From Methanothrix sp. (GTDB taxonomy: Archaea > Halobacteriota > Methanosarcinia > Methanotrichales > Methanotrichaceae): a stretch of 64,000 bases of DNA. The notes beneath the pieces were generated by a model. That model saw only the letters and a list, made by a program, of their open reading frames with translations, was not told the origin of the DNA and did not search any database. The stretch is taken from the NCBI GenBank assembly GCA_963682135.1, contig OY821645.1, forward strand, positions 480,001 through 544,000, read 5' to 3'. The translations under genes and the position numbers were made by a program. Shown one piece after another: positions 28,331-38,290 of this stretch; the stretch's first letter is position 1, and each line of letters opens with the position of its first letter.

Positions 28331-28891
28331 ATGAGTCCTCAAATTTTCGGAAAACATCGGGGCAAAGTTCAGAACAACAAAGATCCCCTGAAACTGGGCC
28401 GGCTTCAAGTCCAGGTTCCATCGGTTCTGGGAGAAGACCATGACAGCTGGGCCATGCCCTGTGTCCCTTATGCCGGCAAAGGTGTGGGATTTTTCGTCCT
28501 CCCCCCGGTCGGGGCGAACATCTGGGTGGAGTTTGAAGCCGGAAATCCGGATCACCCCATCTGGAGCGGCTGCTTTTGGGGTACCGATGAGGTTCCTGCC
28601 GATCCGCCGGAAGAGAAGATCAGGATCTTCAAGACCGAATCCTTCTCAATAATTCTGGATGAGTCCAAAGGCATGACCCTCGATGTGAAATCGCCCGCGG
28701 TAAAAAAGCCGCTCAAAATGGTCTTCGACTCCTCTGGAATTGAGATCAAAGACGGAGGCTCCTCCATCAAGATGACCGATTCCAAGATATCAGTCAAGTC
28801 GAACGAGATCGAGATCAAGAACAATGCTTTCAGCATCAAGGTGACTGCTTCTAAAGTCACCATCAACGACGGCGCGCTGGAGGTGATCTGA
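28331..28891 (+). CDS. Spike protein (gp5/gpV OB fold plus short beta-helix)
   Basis: GKHRGKVQNNKDPLKLGRLQVQVP, WAMPCVPYAG, PPVGANIWVEFEAG.PD.PIWSGCFW. Confidence 0.92.
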   Translation: MSPQIFGKHRGKVQNNKDPLKLGRLQVQVPSVLGEDHDSWAMPCVPYAGKGVGFFVLPPVGANIWVEFEAGNPDHPIWSGCFWGTDEVPADPPEEKIRIFKTESFSIILDESKGMTLDVKSPAVKKPLKMVFDSSGIEIKDGGSSIKMTDSKISVKSNEIEIKNNAFSIKVTASKVTINDGALEVI

Positions 28892-28893
28892 AA

Positions 28894-29238
28894 ATGGCTG
28901 ACTTTCTGCAGCATGTGGGGCTCACAGCATTGTGCCCTCATGGCGGTCAGGTATCAGTGGTCTCCACCAATACTCGGGTAAAGGCTATGGGCCAATTCGT
29001 GGCAGTCATGGGAGATATCTATACCATAGCCGGCTGTCCTTTTCAGATTCCTGTGGGCCCGGCTACCAAACCCCAGCCCTGTATCAAAGTCCAGTGGATT
29101 GTCCCAGCCCTGCGGGTGAAGGTGATGGGAAAACAGGTCCTGCTTAAGAGCAGCACTGGAATCTGTCAGAGCGCCGAGATGATACCTCAAGGTCCTCCGA
29201 ATGTGATAATGACCCAGATGAGAGTCAAGGGAGTATGA
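28894..29238 (+). CDS. PAAR-like spike tip protein
   Basis: CPHGG, IAGCPF, QPC..VQW, STGICQ; position between spike and gp25. Confidence 0.75.
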   Translation: MADFLQHVGLTALCPHGGQVSVVSTNTRVKAMGQFVAVMGDIYTIAGCPFQIPVGPATKPQPCIKVQWIVPALRVKVMGKQVLLKSSTGICQSAEMIPQGPPNVIMTQMRVKGV

Positions 29239-29241
29239 CAC

Positions 29242-29598
29242 ATGGAAATAGCCTACCCTTTTCGGATCGACAGCCGGGGAAGAACTGCTTCTTCTGATGC
29301 CGAGCGGCACATCCGGGATTTGATTGAGCAGGTCCTGTTCACTGTGCCAGGAGAACGGGTCAACCGGCCGGACTTTGGCTGCGGCCTGATGCAGATCGTA
29401 TTCGCTTCCAACAGCAGTGAATTAGGCTCAGCCACCCGGTTTCTGGTTCAGGGCCAGCTCCAGCAGTGGCTGGGGGAACTCATCCAGGTGGAGGCAGTGA
29501 ATGTGGAAAGCCTCGATTCCACCCTGACGGTGACGGTTCAGTACATTATCCGACGAACTTTGCAGCAGCAAGTGGCACAGTTTTCCCGTGAGGTATAA
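29242..29598 (+). CDS. Baseplate wedge gp25/GPW-like (sheath initiator)
   Basis: YPFRID, HIRDLIEQVLFT.PGERVNRPDFGCGL. Confidence 0.93.
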   Translation: MEIAYPFRIDSRGRTASSDAERHIRDLIEQVLFTVPGERVNRPDFGCGLMQIVFASNSSELGSATRFLVQGQLQQWLGELIQVEAVNVESLDSTLTVTVQYIIRRTLQQQVAQFSREV

Positions 29599-29599
29599 G

Positions 29600-32041
29600 A
29601 TGGGCATTTTGTATTACTGCAAGAATGAAAAACGACGGACGCTGGTCCGCGGTTGCGAGGTAGTGAACGGTAAGCCCCTCTTCAATGGTATCGATTACCT
29701 GGAGGTCATGCCAGGCCAGACAACTCTGAAGGTTCATTTCATCCACAATCTCCCCGGCCCAGAAGCAGGAGTCGTTGCAGATTCCTATCCGCTATCCAGG
29801 AACAACGTGGTTATTGAGGGAGGCGTCCGGGTCAGAGACATCCGGGTGATATCGGTCAATTCGGGCGGAGAGGTGCTGACAGTCTGCGTGAATGTCCCTG
29901 GAGACTTTTCAACCTACAAGCTCCGCCTGGTCGAGTCGCCGACTTCTCTAAATCCCCCCAAGACATTCGATAAGCAGCTATCTGAGATAAATTTCTCTTT
30001 TAAGGTCAACTGCCCCAGCGATTTTGACTGCAAATCGAGCAAGGTCTGCCCAACAGAAAGCCTGCCAGAGCCGCACATCGATTATCTGGCCAAGGACTAC
30101 GCCAGCTTCCGGAGCCTGATCCTCGACCGTTTGTCAGTCATCATGCCGGACTGGAAGGAGAGAAGCCCTGCCGATCTGGGGATAGTGCTCTCGGAACTGC
30201 TTGCCTACGCGGGTGACTATCTCAGTTATTATCAGGATGCAGTGACGACTGAGGCTTATCTGACCACCGCTCGTAAAAGAATCTCAGTCAGGCGCCATGC
30301 CCGTCTGCTGGACTATCCCATGCACGACGGATGTAACTCCAGAGTCTGGGTCCGTTTCGAGCTTGATGAGGAGTGCGGTAAGGTTATTCTGAAAAGAGAA
30401 GACGAGAAGACAAAACGGCGGACGAAGCTGCTGACAAGATCCGATGGGGGGACGGTGGTGGACTGGGACGACTGGCAGGGCCTGGCTTACGAAAACCAGC
30501 TCGAGGTCTTTGAGCTTCTGCACGACGCCACCCTGTATCCTGCTCATAGCAAGATCGGATTCTATACCTGGGGGGATGAAGAATGCTGCCTGCCGAAGGG
30601 GGCAACCCGCGCGACTTTGGTTGATGACGGCTTGAAACTCCTGGCGGGAGATGTTCTGATCTTCGAGGAGCTATGCGGGCCCAAGACCGGCGAAGAGGCG
30701 GATGCAGATCCCGCTCACAGGCAAGCGGTGAGGTTGATCGATGTAACTTACAGTACCGATCCATTGCAAAACGACCGGAAGATCGCAGAGATACAGTGGC
30801 ATCACGAGGATGCTCTCACTTTTCCGGTTTGTATCTCCTCTCGAATGTCCAAGAAGGAAACGCACGAGATCTCCTGCGCTCGCGGCAATGTGGTCCTGGC
30901 AGATCACGGAGCCACTCACCCGGATGAAGACCTTATACCCGCATCTGTTCCGATGAGCGGAGTGTACCGGCCCCGGCTCGCCCAAGGGAGCATCACCTTT
31001 AGCACTGCTTACGATCATGAAGACGCTCTAAACACATCTGCATTTGCAGCATTCAACCAGGACCCTCAACAGGCGCTTCCTGTTGTGCAGCTGACAGGTG
31101 AAGGCGATCGCTGGCTTGCAAAGCGTGATCTCCTGAACAGTGATCGGTTTGCCTCGGAGTTCGTCGTGGAGACAGAAGACGACGCCACCTCAACGCTTCG
31201 TTTCGGCGATGACGTGACAGGAAGGAGGCCCATACCAGGAACCAGCTTCAAGGCCACTTACAGGGTGGGCAGCGGAAGCGCGGGAAATGTTGGAGCCGAG
31301 GTGATAGGTCATCTTGTCTTCCCCACCGGTCATTTATCCCTGGGTGGGGAGATCAAGGTGATAAATCCGCTTCCTGCTCAGGGGGGCGTCGACCCGGAGC
31401 CAACCTATCAGGTCTCACTCTACGCTCCCAGAGCGTTTCGAAAACAGGAGCGAGCTGTGACCGAAGACGATTACGCAGAGATGGCTTCGCGTCATCCGGA
31501 TGTTTTCAAAGCCGTAGCCACCTTGCGATGGACTGGAAGCTGGTACACCATCTTTGTGAGCATCGACCGAAAAGAGGGTCGAAAGGTCGACTTGTTGTTC
31601 GAGCAGGATCTGCGTCTCTTCCTGGAGCGGTTTCGTCTGGCCGGGCACGACATCGAGATCCAGGGACCGAAATATGTCCCGCTTGATATCGCCTTTAAAG
31701 TCTGCGTTGCGCCCAGCTACTCCAGGAACAGCGTAAAGCAGATTCTTCTTCTGACCTTCAGCAATGTTGCCCTTCCGGACAACAGGCAGGGATTCTTCCA
31801 TCCTGATAATTTCACCTTCGGCCAGCCGGTTTATTTGAGTCGACTGGTGTCGGCAGCTATGCGAATCCCTGGAGTCTTGTGGGTGGAGACACTTCGTTTC
31901 CAGCGTTGGGGCCAGGTGGCCGAAGGGGAGACCGATGCCGGCATGATCAAGATTGACCGGCTGGAGATCGCCCGGCTGGACAACGATCCGAGCTTCCCGG
32001 AGAACGGCAAGATCGAGTTTGTAATGACCGGGGGGATGTGA
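29600..32041 (+). CDS. Baseplate J-like wedge protein (Afp11-like)
   Basis: IDYLAKDYASFR..ILDRL...PDW.ERSPADLG, YQDAV.TEAYL.TAR.R.SVRRHA, LRFGD...GRRP, RAVTEDDY. Confidence 0.9.
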   Translation: MGILYYCKNEKRRTLVRGCEVVNGKPLFNGIDYLEVMPGQTTLKVHFIHNLPGPEAGVVADSYPLSRNNVVIEGGVRVRDIRVISVNSGGEVLTVCVNVPGDFSTYKLRLVESPTSLNPPKTFDKQLSEINFSFKVNCPSDFDCKSSKVCPTESLPEPHIDYLAKDYASFRSLILDRLSVIMPDWKERSPADLGIVLSELLAYAGDYLSYYQDAVTTEAYLTTARKRISVRRHARLLDYPMHDGCNSRVWVRFELDEECGKVILKREDEKTKRRTKLLTRSDGGTVVDWDDWQGLAYENQLEVFELLHDATLYPAHSKIGFYTWGDEECCLPKGATRATLVDDGLKLLAGDVLIFEELCGPKTGEEADADPAHRQAVRLIDVTYSTDPLQNDRKIAEIQWHHEDALTFPVCISSRMSKKETHEISCARGNVVLADHGATHPDEDLIPASVPMSGVYRPRLAQGSITFSTAYDHEDALNTSAFAAFNQDPQQALPVVQLTGEGDRWLAKRDLLNSDRFASEFVVETEDDATSTLRFGDDVTGRRPIPGTSFKATYRVGSGSAGNVGAEVIGHLVFPTGHLSLGGEIKVINPLPAQGGVDPEPTYQVSLYAPRAFRKQERAVTEDDYAEMASRHPDVFKAVATLRWTGSWYTIFVSIDRKEGRKVDLLFEQDLRLFLERFRLAGHDIEIQGPKYVPLDIAFKVCVAPSYSRNSVKQILLLTFSNVALPDNRQGFFHPDNFTFGQPVYLSRLVSAAMRIPGVLWVETLRFQRWGQVAEGETDAGMIKIDRLEIARLDNDPSFPENGKIEFVMTGGM

Positions 32042-32044
32042 GCC

Positions 32045-35000
32045 ATGACTTCTGATGATGGAAAATTGGATAGATGCGGCTGTTGCAAAGGAGTTGAGCC
32101 TCGATCGGCTCGTTACAATCGACCCGGTCTGCCGTCCATAGAATACAAGCTGGATACCCATTCTGGCTTCTTTAAGAGAGCTCTCGCAAAGCTGCACCTC
32201 CAGAAGGCAGCAGACGATTCTCAGCCCCTCCGGGCTCTGACCACCCGTTCCAAGGACGATTTTGCCATCGCTCTGCTGGATGCCTGGGCAATGGTGGGGG
32301 ACGTTATCTCTTTTTATCAGGAGCGTGCGGCCAATGAGGGATTCTTGCGCACCCTGCAGGAAAGGGTTTCGGCCCTGGAAATGGCAAGGGCCATCGGATA
32401 CGAGTTGAAGCCGGGCGTTGCCGCCAGCGCTATTCTCGCTTTTACCATGGATGACTCGCCGGGCTCTGCGAAAGTAACTTTGATACCGAAAGCTCTGGCA
32501 GTCAAGAGCATCCCGCCGCCGGGAAAATTGCCCCAAACCTTCGAGACGGCTGAGGATCTGGAAGCGAGGGTGGAGTGGAATGCTCTCTCTCCCCTGCTCA
32601 CCGAAGAGCAGATGGTAGGAAACGGCTCGACTGGAGTCCTGCTGGAAGGGCTTGATACCTCATTGCAGCCTGGAGACGCTCTACTCTTCGTGGCCGCGGA
32701 GGATGACTCTGACCTCGAGGGCGAAGCCTGGCAGAGGTGCGCTGTGAATGATGTGAAATACAGCCCTGAAGATGAGATTGTCACCATCAAGTGGGACAGA
32801 CCTCTCAGGGAGAGGGCGAAGGGCCTGCGGCTCGCAGGTGACCACACGAATCTGAAAGCAGGCGATCCCATTCTCTTTGAGAATGAATCCAAAGAGAGCC
32901 GATCTCTGGCGGCGGTAGGAGACCTTTGCAAAGACACGCTGGCAATTTGGCAGGAGCCGTTGACGATCAGAGCGACGCAGCTCTTGATTAAATGCCTGGG
33001 AACCGGCATCCGAAAGGGTGACGAGATCCTCTTTGGGCCGGCTGCAGGCCTGAAGGCCCATGTTATCATTAAGAAAACGCCTCTCACCAAGGTGATCGGC
33101 GATATCGAGAGCAATATCACCCTTCTCACATTAGAAGAAGCTTTTCCTTCGGCCAGAGGAGCAACGAAGATTCTCATCGATGGCGATTACCCGAATCTGG
33201 AACCTAAAGATGCCGTGGTTTTCGTGGGCCAATACCGCCAGACTCGGACTCTTGAGTCGGTCAACGTCATTGCCGGTAAAACCAGCATCGTCTGGAAGGT
33301 GCCATTAATAAGCGGCCGGACCACACTTATGCTAGATTCGGGAGTAAGTCCTGTCGATTTACACGCGGGAGATCTTGTGATCTTCATGGAGGCCAGTAGA
33401 GATGTTCGTTTGCTTGATCGCATAGAGAGCTTTGACAGCGTATATCTGGCTACCTGGACCGATCCGCTCCTTGACGGGTCCAGAGGGGTTCTGCTCGGCA
33501 AAGTTTTCGGCCAGATGGGATCGAACCCATCCCTCCTCTTCGAAGGAGACCCCCAGCAGGTCCGGACGGTCGTCGAAGCCTTCGAATGCGCGGACGAAAC
33601 ACTGCTGACCCTCAACAGAGCTATTGAGAAAGGAACAGGGCAGCTTCTGGCCGGGATTCGCAGCGAGAAGCTGAAGCCAACCGAAAATATCCACTTCGGC
33701 AGATACGCCTGGCAGGCTCGATCTATAAACAGCGTCAGAAAGATCTCCGATTCAACCGGAGACACTACCCTGGTATCCTGGGAGATGCCATTATGTGCAA
33801 AGCATATTGGGATGCGCCTCAGAGGGACAGAAGAGTCGATAAAGGTAAACGATCTGATCTGTTTTGAAGACCGGCGCTGGCAGATGCGCATCCTGACGAC
33901 TGTGACTGCCGATCTGCGGTTAAATTCGACATTCGTGAGCTGGGACGCTCCGTTGGCCTACCTTGGAGATCCGGAAGACACCTCTTTTATTAATCCTCTG
34001 GTATTTGCCATGCGAGAGCGGCCCGACCCCGACCGGCTCGGTCTGGATGAGGGAAAAATCGACCTTGAGGGCACCTATCCCAGGATCCTGCCAGGAAGCT
34101 GGGTTGCAATGACCCTCGATGAAGGTCTCTGCAATGTCTTAAACGCCTCCCTTATGTCAGTAGAACGGATTGTCGAAGTTCCCAGGTCTGGGGAAGATCC
34201 CCCTATGCAGTTCAAGTCGAAGGTAAAGATAACTCGCATCGAGCCGGATACGGCCCATGGCCTATCCGAATTTAAAGAGCAGCAAACCGCGGTCTTTGCC
34301 CAGAGTGAACCCCTCAGCATAGCTCTTAAGAGCCGTGAAGGTCTGATCGAAGGGCAGACCATCGAGCTGGACAGAGCGGTTTACGGTCTTGATACCGGAA
34401 AAACCCTGATAGCCAGTGGAAAGCTCATGCGGGCCCAGGTTGGAGTCGACGATCTGAAGCTCGTTTCATCCAAAGATATCGAAAAGCCTCTTTGCAGAGC
34501 TGACTCTCTCCAGGTATTAAAGCCTCCGCGAACGACAGAGTTTCTCTGGACTGCCGAAGATGAGGAAGGATTTGCCGGCACAATAATTGCCGATGCCGGG
34601 GGTATCGCATACGTATCCGGCTCCGGTTCTGATGGCCAGGCAGAGATCGAGGTCAAAGTCGACGGCTTGAAGCTGATTTCACTGGAAGAAGAGAGTAGAG
34701 ATCTGGCCAGGGGCCAGGTATTGAAGGCAACCGGTCTGCCTAAAAGTGTCTCGCTTCGCTGGACCCTGAGGGACGGCGACGGTTTTGAGGGCACAGTGAC
34801 AGCTCTGGCTGGTGAGATCTGTCTGCAGCCAGCTCTTGCCGGGGACTTGAAGGTCAGCGAGGTTGTGACCCTGAGCGGAACGGAGAGGTCTGGAGGGAGG
34901 ACCATCCTCTCGCTCAAAGATCCGATGGAAAGCCCTTATGATCCCGCAACCTTCTTGGTGTTTGCCAACGTCGTTCGTGCCACTCATGGCGAGACGAAGC

Positions 35001-36067
35001 AGGAGGTTTTAGGAAGTGGCGACGGCTCCCGGTCAAACCAGCGGTTCGAGCTTAGCAAGCCCTATCTGACCTATGTCTCCGCTCCTACTTCTAGCGGCAC
35101 CAGTAGCACTCTTGAGGTGAGAGTCAACGGTGTACTCTGGAAAGAGTCGCCTTCTCTCTACGGGATGGACGAAAGGAGCCAGAACTATGTCGCCCGCATA
35201 GATGACAATGCCTTGGCAACCATAATCTTCGGGGACGGCAAGAGCGGAGCGCGTCTTCCCACTGGTGATGAGAACATCACTGCCACCTACCGCAACGGCA
35301 TTGGACCTGACGGCGAGGTGGATTTTGAAAGCCTGACCCTTCTCCAGAGCCGTCCTCCTGGGATCAGCGAGGTGACAAATCCCCTGCCGGCTTCGGGGGC
35401 TGCTGCACCCGAAGAGCTTTCCGATGCCCAGCATAATGCCCCATTGACGGTTCTCACCCTGGATAGGATAGTCTCCTTACGCGACTTTGAGTACTTTGTC
35501 AGATCTTTTGCAGGTATCGGTAAGGCTCAGGCAGTTTCTCTCTCCCAGGGACAGAGCAAAGTGGTGCATATCACCATTGCCTCTTCCAGCGGCTCTGCTG
35601 TTGACCGAGGGTCATACCTCTATAGCAACCTCGTCAAGGCAATAGATGCCATGCGTGACCCCGTGGCCAGGATTCGTGAGCGAGTTATTGTTGACAGCTT
35701 CTCTCTTCAGACCTTCAGTATACAGGCCGGTATTATCATAGATGCCCGCTACCAAGCAGATGATGTAATGGCCCGGGCAGAGGCCGACTTGAGGAAGACC
35801 TTCTCCTTTGAAAACCGCAATTTCGGACAGTTCGTGACTGCCGCCGAAATTTTGGCCGTGATCCAGGCAATCGAGGGCGTGATCGCAGTGGACCTGGATA
35901 AGCTGGAACGAGACGACGCTCCTAAGGTCGGGACATCATTTACCGCCGTCTTACAAGCCGAGAGAGCTCGAATAGACAGGGAAACGGGAGAAATACTGCC
36001 TGCAGAGCTACTATTGCTGAATTTCTCCTCTAAAGGCAATTTACATTTAAAGGAACTGAAATCATGA
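32045..36067 (+). CDS. Second baseplate J-like protein with a large internal repeat expansion
   Basis: LTTRSKDDFAIALLDAWA, FYQERAANEGFLRT, ANVVRATHGET..EVLGSGDG, IFGDGKSGARLPTG, DRIVSLRDFE. Confidence 0.88.
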   Translation: MTSDDGKLDRCGCCKGVEPRSARYNRPGLPSIEYKLDTHSGFFKRALAKLHLQKAADDSQPLRALTTRSKDDFAIALLDAWAMVGDVISFYQERAANEGFLRTLQERVSALEMARAIGYELKPGVAASAILAFTMDDSPGSAKVTLIPKALAVKSIPPPGKLPQTFETAEDLEARVEWNALSPLLTEEQMVGNGSTGVLLEGLDTSLQPGDALLFVAAEDDSDLEGEAWQRCAVNDVKYSPEDEIVTIKWDRPLRERAKGLRLAGDHTNLKAGDPILFENESKESRSLAAVGDLCKDTLAIWQEPLTIRATQLLIKCLGTGIRKGDEILFGPAAGLKAHVIIKKTPLTKVIGDIESNITLLTLEEAFPSARGATKILIDGDYPNLEPKDAVVFVGQYRQTRTLESVNVIAGKTSIVWKVPLISGRTTLMLDSGVSPVDLHAGDLVIFMEASRDVRLLDRIESFDSVYLATWTDPLLDGSRGVLLGKVFGQMGSNPSLLFEGDPQQVRTVVEAFECADETLLTLNRAIEKGTGQLLAGIRSEKLKPTENIHFGRYAWQARSINSVRKISDSTGDTTLVSWEMPLCAKHIGMRLRGTEESIKVNDLICFEDRRWQMRILTTVTADLRLNSTFVSWDAPLAYLGDPEDTSFINPLVFAMRERPDPDRLGLDEGKIDLEGTYPRILPGSWVAMTLDEGLCNVLNASLMSVERIVEVPRSGEDPPMQFKSKVKITRIEPDTAHGLSEFKEQQTAVFAQSEPLSIALKSREGLIEGQTIELDRAVYGLDTGKTLIASGKLMRAQVGVDDLKLVSSKDIEKPLCRADSLQVLKPPRTTEFLWTAEDEEGFAGTIIADAGGIAYVSGSGSDGQAEIEVKVDGLKLISLEEESRDLARGQVLKATGLPKSVSLRWTLRDGDGFEGTVTALAGEICLQPALAGDLKVSEVVTLSGTERSGGRTILSLKDPMESPYDPATFLVFANVVRATHGETKQEVLGSGDGSRSNQRFELSKPYLTYVSAPTSSGTSSTLEVRVNGVLWKESPSLYGMDERSQNYVARIDDNALATIIFGDGKSGARLPTGDENITATYRNGIGPDGEVDFESLTLLQSRPPGISEVTNPLPASGAAAPEELSDAQHNAPLTVLTLDRIVSLRDFEYFVRSFAGIGKAQAVSLSQGQSKVVHITIASSSGSAVDRGSYLYSNLVKAIDAMRDPVARIRERVIVDSFSLQTFSIQAGIIIDARYQADDVMARAEADLRKTFSFENRNFGQFVTAAEILAVIQAIEGVIAVDLDKLERDDAPKVGTSFTAVLQAERARIDRETGEILPAELLLLNFSSKGNLHLKELKS

Positions 36068-38271
36068 CCGAAGCTACAAAGGGACGACTCTATAACCTTC
36101 TGCCTGCAGTCTATAGAGCTCGTGACTCCAAGGTGGGCGAGCCCCTGAGAGCTCTGCTGGATCTGATTGAAGGAGAGATGCAGCTCCTGGAGGAGGATAT
36201 TGGTGGGCTCTACGATGATTGGTTCATTGAGACCTGTGACGACTGGGTGATTCCTTACATCGGCGACCTTCTTGGGGTCCACGCACTCCATTCTCTCTCG
36301 GCACGGGGGGCGAACATGCGAGGTTATGTGGCCAACACCATCGCCTACCGCAGGAGAAAGGGAACGGCTGCGGTTCTGGAGCAGGTATCACGCGATGCGA
36401 CTGGCTGGCCGTGTCACGCAGTCGAGTTCTTCCAGCTTCTGGCTGTCACCCAGCATTTGAATCATCTGCGTCTGGACAAGGGTCGAACGGCCTGCGTTCG
36501 CAATGCTGATGAGATTGAGCTGGCGGGCGGGCCCTTTGAGACGACAGCCCATACCCTGGACGCAAGAAGAATAGCCACCAGAGGCGGAAAATACAACATT
36601 GCCAACGTCGGCATCTTTCTCTGGAGGCTGCAAAGTTATCCTTTGAGCCGGTCCTCCGCTCGCAAGATCGGCGAGGAAGGCAGACGGTACACCTTCGATC
36701 CCATCGGCTTTGAGATTCCCCTGTTCAACAGGCCTCAGACCGAAGAATGGATCGTCCATCTCTCTTCGGAGGTTAATGTCCCCGGAACGCTGCGTCGCTA
36801 TCCTCTTTATAGCGAGCTTGAGGCCCGTCGCAAGGGAGAGGTTTTGCAGCCATCTTATTTCGAGCCTCAGCCTGTTTTTGAGATCGAGATCGTACTCGAT
36901 GATGAGACTGAGCCTCACATAGTACCTCTAAAGGACATCTTCATCTGCAATATGGCCCAGTGGCGAGATCCGCCTTCGTCGGAAGAGCTCGAATCAACTG
37001 GGGATAGTGACCAGGCCAAACGCATTCCCGTTGCCATCGATCCGGTGAGGGGAAAGATGACCCTTCCCAAGGATACCTCTCCAAGGGAGGTCCTCGTCAG
37101 CTACTCTTGCGGCTTTAGCGGTGATGTGGGCGCAGGACCCTATGATCGCACATCATCAATAGAGCAAGCCCTGGCAGGCGAAGTGGACTGGCAGGTTGGG
37201 GTGAGCAAAGAGGCTGCAGACGGGGATGCGATATTCGAGACCATCCAGGAGGCGCTGGATGAGTGGAATAATCTGAAGCTTGGGGGCGATTTTGAGGCAA
37301 AGGTAGGTTTGATCGTTATAATGGACAGCCGGACATACAAAGAAGGAAAACTGACAGCATTCGTTCCTTACGGTTGCCAGCTTCTGATCGTAGCCGCAAA
37401 CTGGCCAAAGCCGAGGACGAAGGGACAATTCGCAGCCAGGGGGCTGAGGCCCCATCTGCAGGGAGATATGGCAATATCAGGAGGTACTGCCTCAGACTCG
37501 GGATCTGATCCAGGAGAGCTTGTTATAGATGGCCTCATGATTGAAGGAGAGCTGAGTGTCCCCAAAGGCAACCTCAGCCTTCGAGTGGCTCACAGCACAC
37601 TGAAGGAGCATGACAAGTCCAAGGAGGGCGGCTTCTCGGAGGAAGAAGTTTCCGCTGGTGGCGGCATAAGAGTTGATAGCGCCAGTCTGATAGAATTGAC
37701 CATTGAGAGGTCGATATGCGGACCGATTGAGATAGGTGGCAACGATTGCAGCTTGATTCTGAACGAGAGCATCGAATATGACTCAATTATCGCTGAGAAG
37801 ACTGCCGCTAAAATAGATCGTTGCACAGTTATGGGAGAAAGCAATCTGCGCCGTCTGGAGGCCAGCAACTGCATATTTCTGGAAAAGGTGACTGTTAAGC
37901 AGCGACAGGAAGGATGCGTTCGGTTCTCTTATCTACCCTATGATTCGCTTTCACCCCGGCGCTTCCGCTGCCAGCCTGACCTGGCTATGGCTGAAGAGAA
38001 AGAGGCATTGGGAAGAGATCTCTCCGATGAGGAGAAGAGAGGGGTTATGGTTCGTCTCTGTCCCGCATTTACATCGGTTCGTTACGGCGATCCAGGGTAT
38101 ATTCAGCTCAGCTCCGCCTCTGCTAAGGAGGTTAGGACGGGAGCTGAAGACGGCTCGGAGATGGGCGTCTTCGGGATTTTGGAGCAGCCTTCGCGAGAGT
38201 CTAACCTGAGGATGGCTTTGGAGGAGTACATGAGGTTCGGGCTTGAGGCCGGGATCTTTTACGTGACATAA
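36064..38271 (+). CDS. Baseplate/tail protein (P2 gpI-like N-terminus, beta-helix-like C-terminus)
   Basis: RLYNLLPAVYRARD, LYDDWFIETCDDWVIPYIGDLLG, VANTIAYRRRKGT, C-terminal GAEDGSEMG...RE.NLR..LEEY..FGLE. Confidence 0.85.
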   Translation: MTEATKGRLYNLLPAVYRARDSKVGEPLRALLDLIEGEMQLLEEDIGGLYDDWFIETCDDWVIPYIGDLLGVHALHSLSARGANMRGYVANTIAYRRRKGTAAVLEQVSRDATGWPCHAVEFFQLLAVTQHLNHLRLDKGRTACVRNADEIELAGGPFETTAHTLDARRIATRGGKYNIANVGIFLWRLQSYPLSRSSARKIGEEGRRYTFDPIGFEIPLFNRPQTEEWIVHLSSEVNVPGTLRRYPLYSELEARRKGEVLQPSYFEPQPVFEIEIVLDDETEPHIVPLKDIFICNMAQWRDPPSSEELESTGDSDQAKRIPVAIDPVRGKMTLPKDTSPREVLVSYSCGFSGDVGAGPYDRTSSIEQALAGEVDWQVGVSKEAADGDAIFETIQEALDEWNNLKLGGDFEAKVGLIVIMDSRTYKEGKLTAFVPYGCQLLIVAANWPKPRTKGQFAARGLRPHLQGDMAISGGTASDSGSDPGELVIDGLMIEGELSVPKGNLSLRVAHSTLKEHDKSKEGGFSEEEVSAGGGIRVDSASLIELTIERSICGPIEIGGNDCSLILNESIEYDSIIAEKTAAKIDRCTVMGESNLRRLEASNCIFLEKVTVKQRQEGCVRFSYLPYDSLSPRRFRCQPDLAMAEEKEALGRDLSDEEKRGVMVRLCPAFTSVRYGDPGYIQLSSASAKEVRTGAEDGSEMGVFGILEQPSRESNLRMALEEYMRFGLEAGIFYVT

Positions 38272-38290
38272 TTACTGAGAGGGGCACTTT

